DNA from: Podarcis bocagei
Taxonomy: Eukaryota
Assembly (NCBI GenBank): GCA_964188305.1
Contig: OZ076894.1
Strand: one strand, 5' to 3'
Length of the DNA: 64,000 bases
Shown here: piece after piece, positions 36,915 to 48,900 of the stretch
Layout: every line of letters starts with the position of its first letter
How positions within the stretch are numbered: position 1 is the stretch's first letter
The notes under the pieces: generated by a model
The model's database searches: none
Told to the model about the DNA's origin: nothing
What the model saw: the letters and a program-made list of their open reading frames with translations, nothing else
Position numbers and translations under genes: made by a program

Positions 36915-38681
36915 CCGTATTTTTCGCCCCATAAGACGCACCGGCCCATAAGACGCACCTAGATTTTAGGGGGGGAAATAAAGGAAATTTTTTTTATTTC
37001 CCCCCCCCAGGTGCGCTGCGCTACACCAGGAGCTTGGGGCGTGCTGAGGTCAGCGCGCCCCAAGCTTCTGCATGCCGGCAAGCAGTCCGCTGCCGCCCCA
37101 AGCCTCCCGCACCCGGCAGGAGGTCCCGCCGGGTGCGCAAGGCTTGGGGCGGCAGCGGACTGCTTGCGCGCACCTAGAAGCTTGGGGCGTGCTGAGGTCA
37201 GCGCGCCCCAAGCTTCTGCATGCCGGCAAGCAGTCCGCTGCCGCCCCAAGCCTCCCGCACCCGGCAGGAGGTCCCGTCGGGTGCGCGAGGCTTGGGGCGG
37301 CAGCGGACTGCTTGCGCGCACCTAGAAGCTTGGGGTGTGCTGAGGTCAGCGCGCCCCAAGCTTCTGCATGCCGGCAAGCAGTCCGCTGCCGCCCCAAGCC
37401 TCCCGCACCCGGCAGGAGGTCCCGCCGGGTGCGCAAGGCTTGGGGCGGCAGCGGACTGCTTGCGCGCACCTAGAAGCTTGGGGCGTGCTGAGGTCAGCGC
37501 GCCCCAAGCTTCTGCATGCCGGCAAGCAGTCCGCTGCCGCCCCAAGCCTCCCGCACCCGGCAGGAGGTCCCGTCGGGTGCGCGAGGCTTGGGGCGGCAGC
37601 GGACTGCTTGCGCGCACCTAGAAGCTTGGGGTGTGCTGAGGTCAGCGCGCCCCAAGCTTCTGCATGCCGGCAAGCAGTCCGCTGCCGCCCCAAGCCTTGC
37701 GCACCCGGCGGGACCTCCTGCCGGGTGCGGGAGGCTTGGGGCGGCAGCGGACTGCTTGCCGGCATGCAGAAGCTTGGGGCGCGCTGACCTCAGCACGCCC
37801 CAAGCTTCTAGGTGCGCGCAAGCAGTCCGCTGCCGCCCCAAGCCTTGCGCACCCGGCGGGACCTCCTGCCGGGTGCGGGAGGCTTGGGGCGGCAGCGGAC
37901 TGCTTGCCGGCATGCAGAAGCTTGGGGCGCGCTGACCTCAGCACGCCCCAAGCTTCTAGGTGCGCGCAAGCAGTCCGCTGCCGCCCCAAGCCTTGCGCAC
38001 CCGGCGGGACCTCCTGCCGGGTGCGCGAGGCTTGGGGCGGCAGCGGACTGCTTGCCGGCATGCAGAAGCTTGGGGCGCGCTGACCTCAGCACACCCCAAG
38101 CTTCTAGGTGCGCGCAAGCAGTCCGCTGCCGCCCCAAGCCTCGCGCACCCGACGGGACCTCCTGCCAGGTGCGGGAGGCTTGGGGCGGCAGCGGACTGCT
38201 TGCCGGCATGCAGAAGCTTGGGGCGCGCTGACCTCAGCACGCCCCAAGCTTCTAGGTGCGCGCAAGCAGTCCGCTGCCGCCCCAAGCCTTGCGCACCCGG
38301 CGGGACCTCCTGCCGGGTGCGGGAGGCTTGGGGCGGCAGCGGACTGCTTGCCGGCATGCAGAAGCTTGGGGCGTGCTGACCTCAGCACGCCCCAAGCTTC
38401 TAGGTGCACGCAAGCAGTCCGCTGCCGCCCCAAGCCTCGCGCACCCGGTGGGACCTCCTGCCGGGTGCGCGAGGCTTGCAGACACTCGCACGAAGCAGGG
38501 GGAGCCCTCCAGAGGGCTCCCCGTGCTTCGGGCGACAGGCTGCCGCCCCAAGCCTCGCGCACCCGGTGGGACCTCCTGCCGGGCGCGCGAGGCTTGCAGG
38601 CATTCGCCCCATAAGACGCACCCCGATTTCCCCTTCATTTTTGGAGGGGAAAAAGTGCGTCTTATGGGGCGAAAAATACGG
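36915..38681. mobile_element. Non-autonomous Tc1/mariner-superfamily (Tc2-like) DNA transposon filled with satellite
   Basis: Perfect 27-bp TIRs CCGTATTTTTCGCCCCATAAGACGCAC (36915-36941 and 38655-38681); TA TSD on both sides; internal direct copy of the TIR core at ~38601-38620. Confidence 0.9.
37031..38600. repeat. 148-bp GC-rich tandem repeat (~10 units) with central inversion; ~1.37-kb imperfect palindrome 37031-38398
   Basis: Units start at 37031, 37179, 37327, 37475 and 37623; orientation flips at 37714/37715. Confidence 0.93.
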
Positions 38682-39469
38682 TAGTTTTTAAAAGCAGAAT
38701 GGCAGAAACCACCATTTCACTCCTTCACGACTGTGGTGTTTCACATAAAAAAAGGCAGTATATGGAATAAAAAGCTGTTTTTTCAGCAGCGAAATTCACA
38801 ACGGCCCATTTCAAATGCAACAGGAAACGTGCAGCAGCCATGTCGAACACCGGGGCTCATGTGTTTTCCCTCACCTCTCTCCATTTTCATGGTTATGATG
38901 AGGTTTCTTTAAACTCTGGGATCCAGTCTGAGTCTAGTTTGTTTGAACTAATTAAAGAGTTTTAAAACCAGTTACATCCAAAGTTGGGTTACATGCTTCC
39001 AACCTCATTTGTTAAAGGGGAACACATGAACCTGAGGCTTAATAGGCTTATGCATCTTGCAGGAAACCATGGTTTCCTATTACATTTGAACTGGTCAAAT
39101 ATCTTATTCATGAATTATTCAGTTTTATAATACACACACACATATATATATTAAAAACTACAATATCTTCCCAAGGGATTTCTTCTTTTTTTGTAGTTTT
39201 GAACCTAAGTCACTTGTCAGCTGAGTTTTCATCAAGTACTGATGCTGAAAAGTCAAAGGAAATGTTCAAAAAGATCACATTTCATGGCATATTAAGAACA
39301 TGTCCACAATTTGTGTGTGTGTTCTCTGTTACCACTTTCACTGTGAATGATGTGAAGGTATGAAAACGTACCATACTAATGAACTGTCAATACCTTAAAA
39401 ACAATATACGGTCATCCTTAATTTTAACACAGTATTTCTGCTGAGACTATTATTCCAGTTAATATATAT

Positions 39470-40775
39470 TTTATTTATTAAAACAATATGCTTTCACAGT
39501 TTTATTAAAAGCAACCTAGACACAGCCAACTTCAGGATTTGGGGCTTCCATTTTTGTCGTATGTCATATTCCTTTTCTGTTCTTCATAGCAGTTTCTATA
39601 ATGGAAACTGGAAAATATGTGCTTTTGAAGAAAAGTTTTAAATCAATCTGCAATTATGTTTGGAAAACTGAAGTTCCTTCACATTAGACAGTATATTATT
39701 ACTGTGTATTATACCATTAAGTACATATGTTACAGCAAAAGTATGTTAAACAAGATTAATATACTGGGAAGAGACAATTCAGATACACCCTTAATCCAGA
39801 ATTCTATTCACACTGAAACACAAACAGATCAGCTTTGCATATTATGGAAGTCCCATAATTAAGATTTTTTTATTTAAAATGAAACAAAACTAGAAAAAAT
39901 GAACCGAGTTGTGGGCAGAGGTAGCTCTGTGCTTAATGTATGCTTCTATGCTCTGAAAAGGTTAGTGGACAGAGATGATACACAGTCAACACATATAAAG
40001 TTGACTGTTAAGAAACATATTCCAGAACCTGTTAATATAATATGACATTATTGTGACAATAACTTCAAGTTTATCAGTCTTTTTGCAATAAGAGTCTTAC
40101 TTCACTTACCTAATAGTTTTTCTAAACTAACCTGCCTTATTTTACGCCATTAAAAGCTGGAGCTCAGCTGTGGCAACTCCTCAAACTTTATCACTGAACT
40201 TTAAAAAAAGAAAGAAGAGTGTTGACAGATCCAAGATAAGCATATATATTGCATTATTACTAACATGATAACTTAATGCAAGCAATTGTAATTGTTTTTA
40301 ATAAGAGCAAAATTCAAGTGATTTTCAAAATACAGGCTCAGCTCTGAAGAGTGATAAAGAAGTAGATGAATCCTTGATCTGCTATTTTTGTTAGGTTTAT
40401 AGACAATGCTAGGTTAAATTGAACATTATTTAGGACTTACAGGTTATATAAAATTAGTGGGGTGTAAACAAAAGAGCAAATAAATGGTAGCCTAAAAGGC
40501 CTTCACTTGGTTTTGTAGTAAACAGCTTGCATTTGAAAATGAGATTTAAATTCGCACACTTTGGTCGTAACCTAAAGACAAAGCTCATCCACATATTTAA
40601 GAAATATTGTGTGATAAAAGAATGTTCCAATGGTTGATCACACATTATAAACATTCATTTTTCTCAAGGTTTTAAATGATTTAACAGTGTTTAGGAGGTA
40701 GAGTTCATGTCAGTGTTGACAACGAGTCCAAACATGTTAAAACTTCTATTACTGTTCTTCTTTTAAAGTAACTGA
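39470..40775 (-). other. CEP135: Probable CEP135 3' UTR with candidate poly(A) signals
   Basis: AT-rich and repeat-poor; minus-strand AATAAA at 39869-39874, 39501-39506 and ~39470-39479. Confidence 0.45.
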
Positions 40776-40797
40776 TTAATCCTTGAAGCCCACACCT
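40776..40797 (-). CDS. CEP135: CEP135 probable last coding exon (K)GVGFKD*
   Basis: Acceptor ttttccttctCAG in phase with the previous donor; TAA at 40778-40776. Confidence 0.65.
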
Positions 40798-41527
40798 CTG
40801 AGAAGGAAAAGATTACAGTTATTATATTACATTGGCACTATACTGTCCGTTTAAGACCTGATAACTTAATATTATTTTCTGCGGAATCTGTTTCTCAGTA
40901 CTTCAAGTCAGACTGCACTATAATAAAAACTATTAATAATATGCACTGGTATAATTTTAGTTACCCTAGCTACCCAAAAGCTCTCCCCCCCCCCAATTAC
41001 ACTCACATGGAAGGGCCACAGAGCAAAGGTTTACTGTTGTCAATCTGTAACTTACTCTTGGAAAAATGCTAACTGCAGACCTGTTCTGACATTTCATTTT
41101 ACGTTTCATATTATGAAAACTAATAACATGTCAAAAAAGTAAACACCCAATCTATTCAATGGCATACTTGTCTGCTTGTTCTGTTACCACTGTAGCTGTT
41201 CTTTCTGGAGAATGTGAAGTTTTAAAAGTTGAACTAAGCGGGGATGAGGCACGTAGCGAAGTGGTAGAGAGACCATGTCGACGCATCTCTTGAATGGCAC
41301 GTTCCCTGTTAAGTAAAAATAAGAAATTGTAAGCGTATCTCCATGCATTTTGCCACATTGGAAGCAAGTTGGAGCGATACAGAGAACCTTTTGATCCAGT
41401 GGAATGTGTCAATTAACGAAGGGAAGATTTTTGCTTATTCTCCCTTCCCCTGAAGCTTCTAGCACTCCCAAAAAATTGCTCTAGAGATTTCTCCTGCTTC
41501 CTTCCCGCTTCCTCCATTAGTGGATAA

Positions 41528-41570
<43 letters not shown>

Positions 41571-44500
41571 GTAATAATAATAATAATAATAATAATTTAT
41601 TTCTACCCCGCCCATCTGGCTAGGTTTCCCCAGCCACTCTGGGCGGCTTCCAACTGAATATTAAAAACAATACAGCATCAGACGTTAAAAACAGGGCCGC
41701 CTTCAGTTGTCTTTTAAAAGTATACTTGTGTTGGAAAAACAGCATTAGGAGAACATATTGGATTCCACTCATAATTCTGTAATCAGATTTTTAGTCAGCT
41801 GTAATATTAAATATTTTCTGCAGAATAGTATACATAGTACTTTTATATTTCTTCTCTTAAAAACATAGGATTTGTGACACTGGGCACTTTTATAAAGCAA
41901 ATTCACTTACCTTTCAAATCGTTCTGTTGTCAGCTGCCTTTTCACAATATCATAATCAGCCTGCAGCTGTGCAAGTTTATTTCGAGTTATTGAAACTTCC
42001 CTATTAACGCTCGTTCTAAAAATATTGCAAACAAAGAAAGTTCTTAACAATTGCACAGTTACAGATGGAATCTTATAGGAACTTTAAAAATAGCGGCAAC
42101 AAGGCAGCTAAACAAGGAGCAAGAAACAACAACAACAAAAACCCCATATACGCAGACATACAAATGTGTACACACAAATGCAAACACACACAATGAAGAT
42201 ATTTCTCAACTGCAAGTTTGTAACTATTATTGGGGAAGATTCTTATCAAGGTCAGTCCAGTTAAAGTATTATGGTTGGAGGCAGAGTCAGCTCAATATGG
42301 AACTTAAGACCAGCTCACAACATTTGCTCATGCTGCTAATTCCTTCCATATCTTTTGAGATTTCAAGTGTGAGAAATCAGGATCTGAATCAGAAACCCAG
42401 GGCTACATGGGACTGCACTGAGTACCCCAAACATCTAGAGCAGGGGTGGCCAACTTCCAAGAGACTGTGATTTACTCCCACTATAAAAAAACTGACAGTG
42501 AGATCAAACCCATCAAAGTTGTTGAGCGTTTGTTGTGGGAGAATGAGCCAAAGTTGTTGAGCTTTTTTGGGGGTATTGGGGTTCCAGGGACACCCCGTGA
42601 TCGACCTGTTGGACACCCCTGATCTAGAGGGAATTTAGCACTCATGTTCACATGAATCAGTCTCTAAAGCAGTTTCACTAGTTCCTTTAATTCACCATGG
42701 CTGAAGTCAACATCTGACCCTATGAATGGATGTGCAGTGAGACAGTACTACAAAATCACTGTTAAAAGAACATATGATGCTACCCTTAATTCCAAGTAAA
42801 TGCCATTATCTTTGGGCGCAAGTCTTGGAGGACCGAGGGCTGAGACAAAAATAATTAAGACTTAATTATTCCATCTGCATAGTTTCCAGCAACTAAGTTA
42901 TATAGTTTGTGCAGAATGGTGCTAGAAATTTAGGATTTTATCAGGTGAAAATGGTTTTTTATATATACAGCTAGGTTTCTCATGAGGCCAGATATCTTTG
43001 CATGAAGTTATAAACAGTAGCTTTAAAATGTTGTAAGAATAGTTCTGAACTTTACAAACATACAATTTACTCTCCGAGAGTGTTAACTTGTCCTTAAGTA
43101 GCTGTATTTCTGAATCTTTCTCATGGGTTATCAAATGATTCTGAAAATCTTTGTCCCTGCTGGTAGACAAGAGTGTTTCCAAGTTCTGTATTGTAAGCCG
43201 CTCACTGGACAATTGTTTTTTTAACAGTTCTGTTTCTGCTCTTGCATCTTCACATTCTGATATTACCTAGAACATAAAAACAATTCATTCTAATTAAGAG
43301 TTTCAGGTTAAATATTAAAGGTCTTATTCATAGGCATCCTTTCATATAGGCAAATTCTATGCAGATGCTTAACTTTATGTTCCTTCAACAGGTTTAGGTA
43401 GTAGTGGCCTTGTTTGCATGTCACATTAAATCAAATTACAGCTTACCAAGACCAAACAAAAGTGTTGGCTCCCTATTACACCTGCTTTGTTCCTCTTTGG
43501 GCTAAGATAAGGTTTGGCTTAACATGCTGTCCAAACCCTTAATTGAAATATGTAGCCAAGACTTGTTCTTTGCTTCAGATCTTGCTTAATGGGAAGACAC
43601 CTTAACCAGTAATGCAGCCAGTATCTGAATATTTAACCATGGTTAAGTATAAACCAGAATGCATCACCATGGTTTGAAGCGGGATTGAACTTACTCTGAT
43701 TAAACACTACAACTGGTCCGTCTTTCACTTTTAACTTATCTTAAGATTCAAGCCAATATTTCTTAATTTGAGGAAGTTCACATAAAAGAAGACTCGTGTC
43801 CTTGCCTCTGTGAAATGTTGGCAGGTCCTCCTAAACACTGTGGGATATGATGTAGGCACTGCAGGGGAAGGCGTAATTGCTCATTTGGTCTTGGATCTGA
43901 GCTAAGTGAACACATGGAAGTTCGTGGAATGTTTCCCACTTCCTCCTCCCCATAGTAGCCTCCCATGCCCATTTCTGAAGAGCTCTTCCTCCACTCTCTG
44001 AAAAGGGATTTCAGGGGCCACAGCTTGCTGCAGGGGAGTGGAGGGGAAACTTGCCTTACTTGCACTTTCTCAAGTGAACGATCTTAGGGTTCAAATCCTT
44101 GGGTTTACATTTTAGTGTCACATTTGACCAGTGGTACCTCTGGATGCGAATGGGATCCGTTCTGGAGCCCCGCTCACATCCTGAAGCAAACGTAACACGC
44201 AACTGCGCGTCTGTGTGGGTCGCGTTTCGCTGCTTCTGCACGTGTGCGTGACATCATTTTGAGCGTCTGCGCATGCGGCGAAACCCGGAAGTAACATGCT
44301 CGCTGTGGAGCGCAACTCAAAAATATTCTTCCCGAAGCTACTTCAACCCGAAGTATGACTGTATTGAACTTATTTAGATGTGTTGTGCTAAGAGCTAAGT
44401 TCTTCCTCTTACCCTCTCAAACTCCATAGATTTGGATGTTAACTGACGTGAGAGACTTTCTTTGCTGGACTCCAGTTTGGCACACAGATCTCTAACAGAA

Positions 44501-45887
44501 ACCACATCAACAGAGATGGAAGACTTTTCTTCTTTTTCACGTTTGAGACTCTCCTCTAGTTTGGCCATACTTTTTGCCATTGAAGAGATCTGTGATTCAT
44601 AAGCTTGGTGGGCAATGATATGCTAAGTGAAAGACAAATGCAACTCTATTATTACATGCAGGCATGCGACAGTCCGTCTCACTGCACACTAACCAAAATT
44701 CAAGCTCTCTTGATCACTGAGTTAATATAAAGAAAACAACCCCCACCAACTTGTTTCCCCCCTCCAAAATACACTTATAATCATTTATAAGCCCTAACGT
44801 GCGAGAACAGAAATAGCTCTGAAATTAGTGTTCCCATGAGCTGAAACGAATTATTAATTAACACACCTTGTCCTCTGCAGAAATCTCCAATTAATGCAAA
44901 GGTGTATGATTAAGAAAGCACATTAGGAAAAGGGACGAGGTAATAAAGTTCAGCTAGTGTCAGTAATTACCTCCTGAATTTCTTTTTCCAGTAGTTCCGC
45001 TCTCTCTCTAAGATGCCGTCTCTCAGTATCAACAGAAAGGAGTTCCAGTCGTACAGAGCTGCTTTGCCCCTCAGCTTGATGGGCCTTTACTTCCCAGCTT
45101 TCAGCTTGGCTATAGAGCATCTGGAACTTTTCCAACAGCTCCTTGTTTTCTCTTTCCTAGTTCAAAGCAGAAATATATACCATTGAGCAATGAATCACTG
45201 TATCAAATGCTTTTTACCCACAAGAAATCATCACATTGCTTCACTACGCATGGTAGAAGAGTTTGACCCTGAACTTGTCCTCTTCTCCATATTTTACTTG
45301 CACCCCAACTCCCACTTCTCTCCTTCCTCTTAAATAAATCATATTTTTTACATCCACATCTTTGTTTACAGTGAGGCTGAGTCCTTGAGTTAGAATCTCA
45401 AAGCATTTAAAGCGGATGTTGCTTTTACAAGTTGATACAAATTCTGATGATTACACATAAGAAGGGTGTCATATTTTATGCTTTGTCTGTTGTATAAATT
45501 TTCAAGGATTAAGGGGGGCGGGAATGGTCTTTTGCTATGATCCAAATGTATGCACACATAAAACCTGTAGCTCCAGCATGTGTATAAGTTTTTAAAGCAT
45601 TTTGGAAGTTTGGTGTAAATAGATCTTTAAAGCAGAACACACAGAAACCCCAAACTCTTTCTCACTCTAACTGAACATAAAAAGCTATCTGCTGATTCAA
45701 AATGTGAGATACAGAAAGATTCCCTTTCAGAAGAACTCATGTTGCTCAGAGGTCTCTGGGATATATCCTTTGTCTTTGCTGTTTAAGGAAGTTTTTAAGG
45801 ATGGATGTTTTATCGCTTTTTAAATTATTAGTAATATTCTGTTGGGAGCCACCCAGAATGGTAGTGGAAACATAGCCAAATGGGCAG

Positions 45888-45947
<60 letters not shown>

Positions 45948-48900
45948 TTGCTACAAGTAACAAATTGCATGCAGTAGGAATCTGCAAGTTTGAGATATTC
46001 TGAATAAGATTTTGATTTTTAAATCATTTTAAGTACCTTTCACAAACAGAATTTTAAAAACAATGCTGTGCTACATTACACGATAGGCTTTTCATGGACT
46101 ATGTTAATTGCAATCACACTGAACACATGCAGTCTGTTACTGGCTTCAATTTAACAACCTGAGAGTGGGCATGACTCCAGCCCTTTGCACGGGGCTTGAA
46201 AGCTAGGGCTCCAATACTCAGTACAGTGGAACCTCTATTTGCGACCATAATCCATTCTGGAGGTCCGTCCAGAGGTTGAAACGGGTCGCTGGGAGAGGCG
46301 CTGTTGTGCGCGGGCGGTGATTGCCCGCTTCTGTGCATGTGCATGAACAGCGGCAAACCCACCAGTTACTTCCAGGTTTGCCGTGGTCGCGGCTTGGAAC
46401 GACAGTAAGAAGAGGCGGTGGTAAGTAGAGGTTCGACTGTAGTGTGCATGTCAACTGCTGAAAGAAAGCAGGAAGTCCCTAGCTACAAAACCTAATATCC
46501 TGCTGTATTGCCTGCCTAGTCAGGTCTTGAGATGCAGCTTCTAAATGCAAAAGCTCTACCCGGCTTGCAACTTCTGTTGTAGCCAATAAAAGAGGCTGCA
46601 GTGAGTGCTTGGTTGGTGTGTGTGTATGTGTGGTGTCCACAGCAGTTGCTCTGGTTTGCAAGTGTGCTGATGGGCCCAAAAAGATTAGAGACCCCTAGTT
46701 TAGCATTATGTTTGAATGCAGGCATTGTGCTGGCAGTACAACTGTTAGGCTATATCAAACAGTATTAATATCGAAATCTGTACCTGAAGCCAAATTGTCA
46801 CTTTTGGAATGTATAAGCTGAATGTTTATTTCATGTTTAGTTTTAATAGTTTCCAGCCATCTCCACCTCTGCAGCACTCCGCTTGTGGGTTGATGCTAGG
46901 CCATGCCTGATCTTAACTTTTAAAACATGATACACCTGATTAATAAAATATTCATGGGAACTTCCAAATGCACTTCCTCACCTTTGAGGCCATTAAACTT
47001 TCAAACCTGGAGACTTCTGTTATGTAATTATGAACTCTAATTTTCATTTCTTCTTTATCACGCAATGCTGCTTCCAGTTCAGATGAGATTGCCTATTTAG
47101 ATGATAAACCATTACATATAATATTACATGCAAATAAAAGAAGGCTAGCTCTCATTTGGTAACCCTGTGCCTGAGCTGTACCAGACTTCAGGCTTCAGGT
47201 GTATATGTACTTCTGCATAGAAAAGAAATTCCCTATACATAAGAGATCAGGGAAACACTAGTTTTCTATGTTTTGATTTTAAATAAAGGAGCATTCTATC
47301 ATGCAAGTCCCCCATCTGCAGTCTGAAATGAAAAAAGCCCAGACAAAAATTAACTACCCTAAAGGGAGAACTTGCCCAATAATGGCTAGATTCTAACTTA
47401 ATGTTGTTTGAACAATCACTTGATGGCTATTTTAAAATCTTACACTTTTTACGGCTAAATGTAATCCGAAGAAAACATGTAAAGAAATACAGTTCCAGGA
47501 TAGAAAATCTGGACACGTTTAAATCAGCACCCCCTAAAGTAAAAAAATATAGATTGAATGTAATGCTGCCACTCTTAACAAACACACCAGTTAAAATTAT
47601 CCAAGAGCTACAAATCACATAAAATGTAATTTCAGGTACCCAAACATTATTTAAAGCAATTGTGATATGTATTATTATGAACTATTGTACCTGATTTTCT
47701 CTGGCCATTGTGGATAGATCATCCTGTAATCTTCTGTTCTCTTTCAAGGCCATTTCTTTCACCCTGCTGACTTCACCAAGCTCAGAATGTGCTGCCTCGA
47801 TCTGGCGACGGACGCTGGCTAGTTCTCGGTCTTTACCGCTTAAGGCATCCTTTAATTGGCTAGCAAATGGGGGATTTGGAAAACCTTAAACAGAATTTAT
47901 CTTTTTGCATTATATAAATCTATGTAACAACTACATTCCAGTAACTAAGATGAATCATCTCAAGTGTTTTTAACTTTGCATTAGATAGTAATGATAACAT
48001 TATTGTACAATTCCATCTTTGCAGTTTCTTTATTAGCAACTTGATCGCCAAGCATTATGTCTGAAATTGTGGCACAGCACTATGATTGGTAACATGGGCC
48101 ACATAATAATAATAATAATTTGTACCACCAAGTTATAGTTTGTTTTAACCATCTAGTAAGCCAAGACTTGGCCCAGATGTTCAAACTGCAGTTTGCTTTG
48201 CATAATATTAGTTTGCTGTTCTTCTACTTACCCTGCAAATACTCAGTTGCTATACTGAATTCCTTCGTAGCATTTGAGTATTGGCAAGGCACCATCAATT
48301 ATTATCATTGGTTGGCTGTGGAAAAGATCAGGGAACATTACATTTTCCTCCTTGGAAATATTTTGGCATGCTCCTGAGCAAAAAAACAGCCCTCCACCGA
48401 TTCTTATGTAAGGTGCACAGAATTTAAAGTACATTTGTAAGTGCTGAATTAGGATAATTGTAATTGCCTTAGGTTTCCCCCCTCCCCCAAATGGCCATAT
48501 TTTAGCCTGCTTCAGAGGAACCATCTTCTTCACGTACAAAGGTTCAATTATAAGTATATTAGCTTATTAAAATACTTTGATTGCTATAAGATGAAATTGC
48601 AGAGTCAAAAGTAATAATTTTCATTACTATTACTTACTCTAAGGACGACTCTAACTGAGTAAGAGTTTGTCGCAAATTGAGGATAGTTTTTTCCTATAGA
48701 AAGAAACATGATGGCAAAGATTATTGGTTTTACATAATTCACATCAACCGCACTAATAGGTATGATCAACAAGTGAAATACAAATATACAGCATAATACA
48801 GTACTGTTACCAGTCATTCACTAGCAGTCTCTTGTAGTTTAATATTTAAGAGTAGCTGAAGCGAAAAAAATTGGGTACCTTCAGCTTACTAATGGCCAAT

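Noticed and set aside
37031-38480. CRISPR-like array
   Set aside because: No unique spacers, eukaryotic context and no cas genes; it is a plain satellite
36959-38691. Many 130-170-aa ORFs on both strands
   Set aside because: By-products of the GC-rich 148-bp palindromic repeat; repetitive translations with no protein-like signal
30740-43700. Scattered degenerate palindromic AACCATGGTT-type patches (30740-31015, 36280-36600, 38820-39100, 43410-43700)
   Set aside because: Probably old MITE remnants; boundaries and TSDs could not be supported by eye
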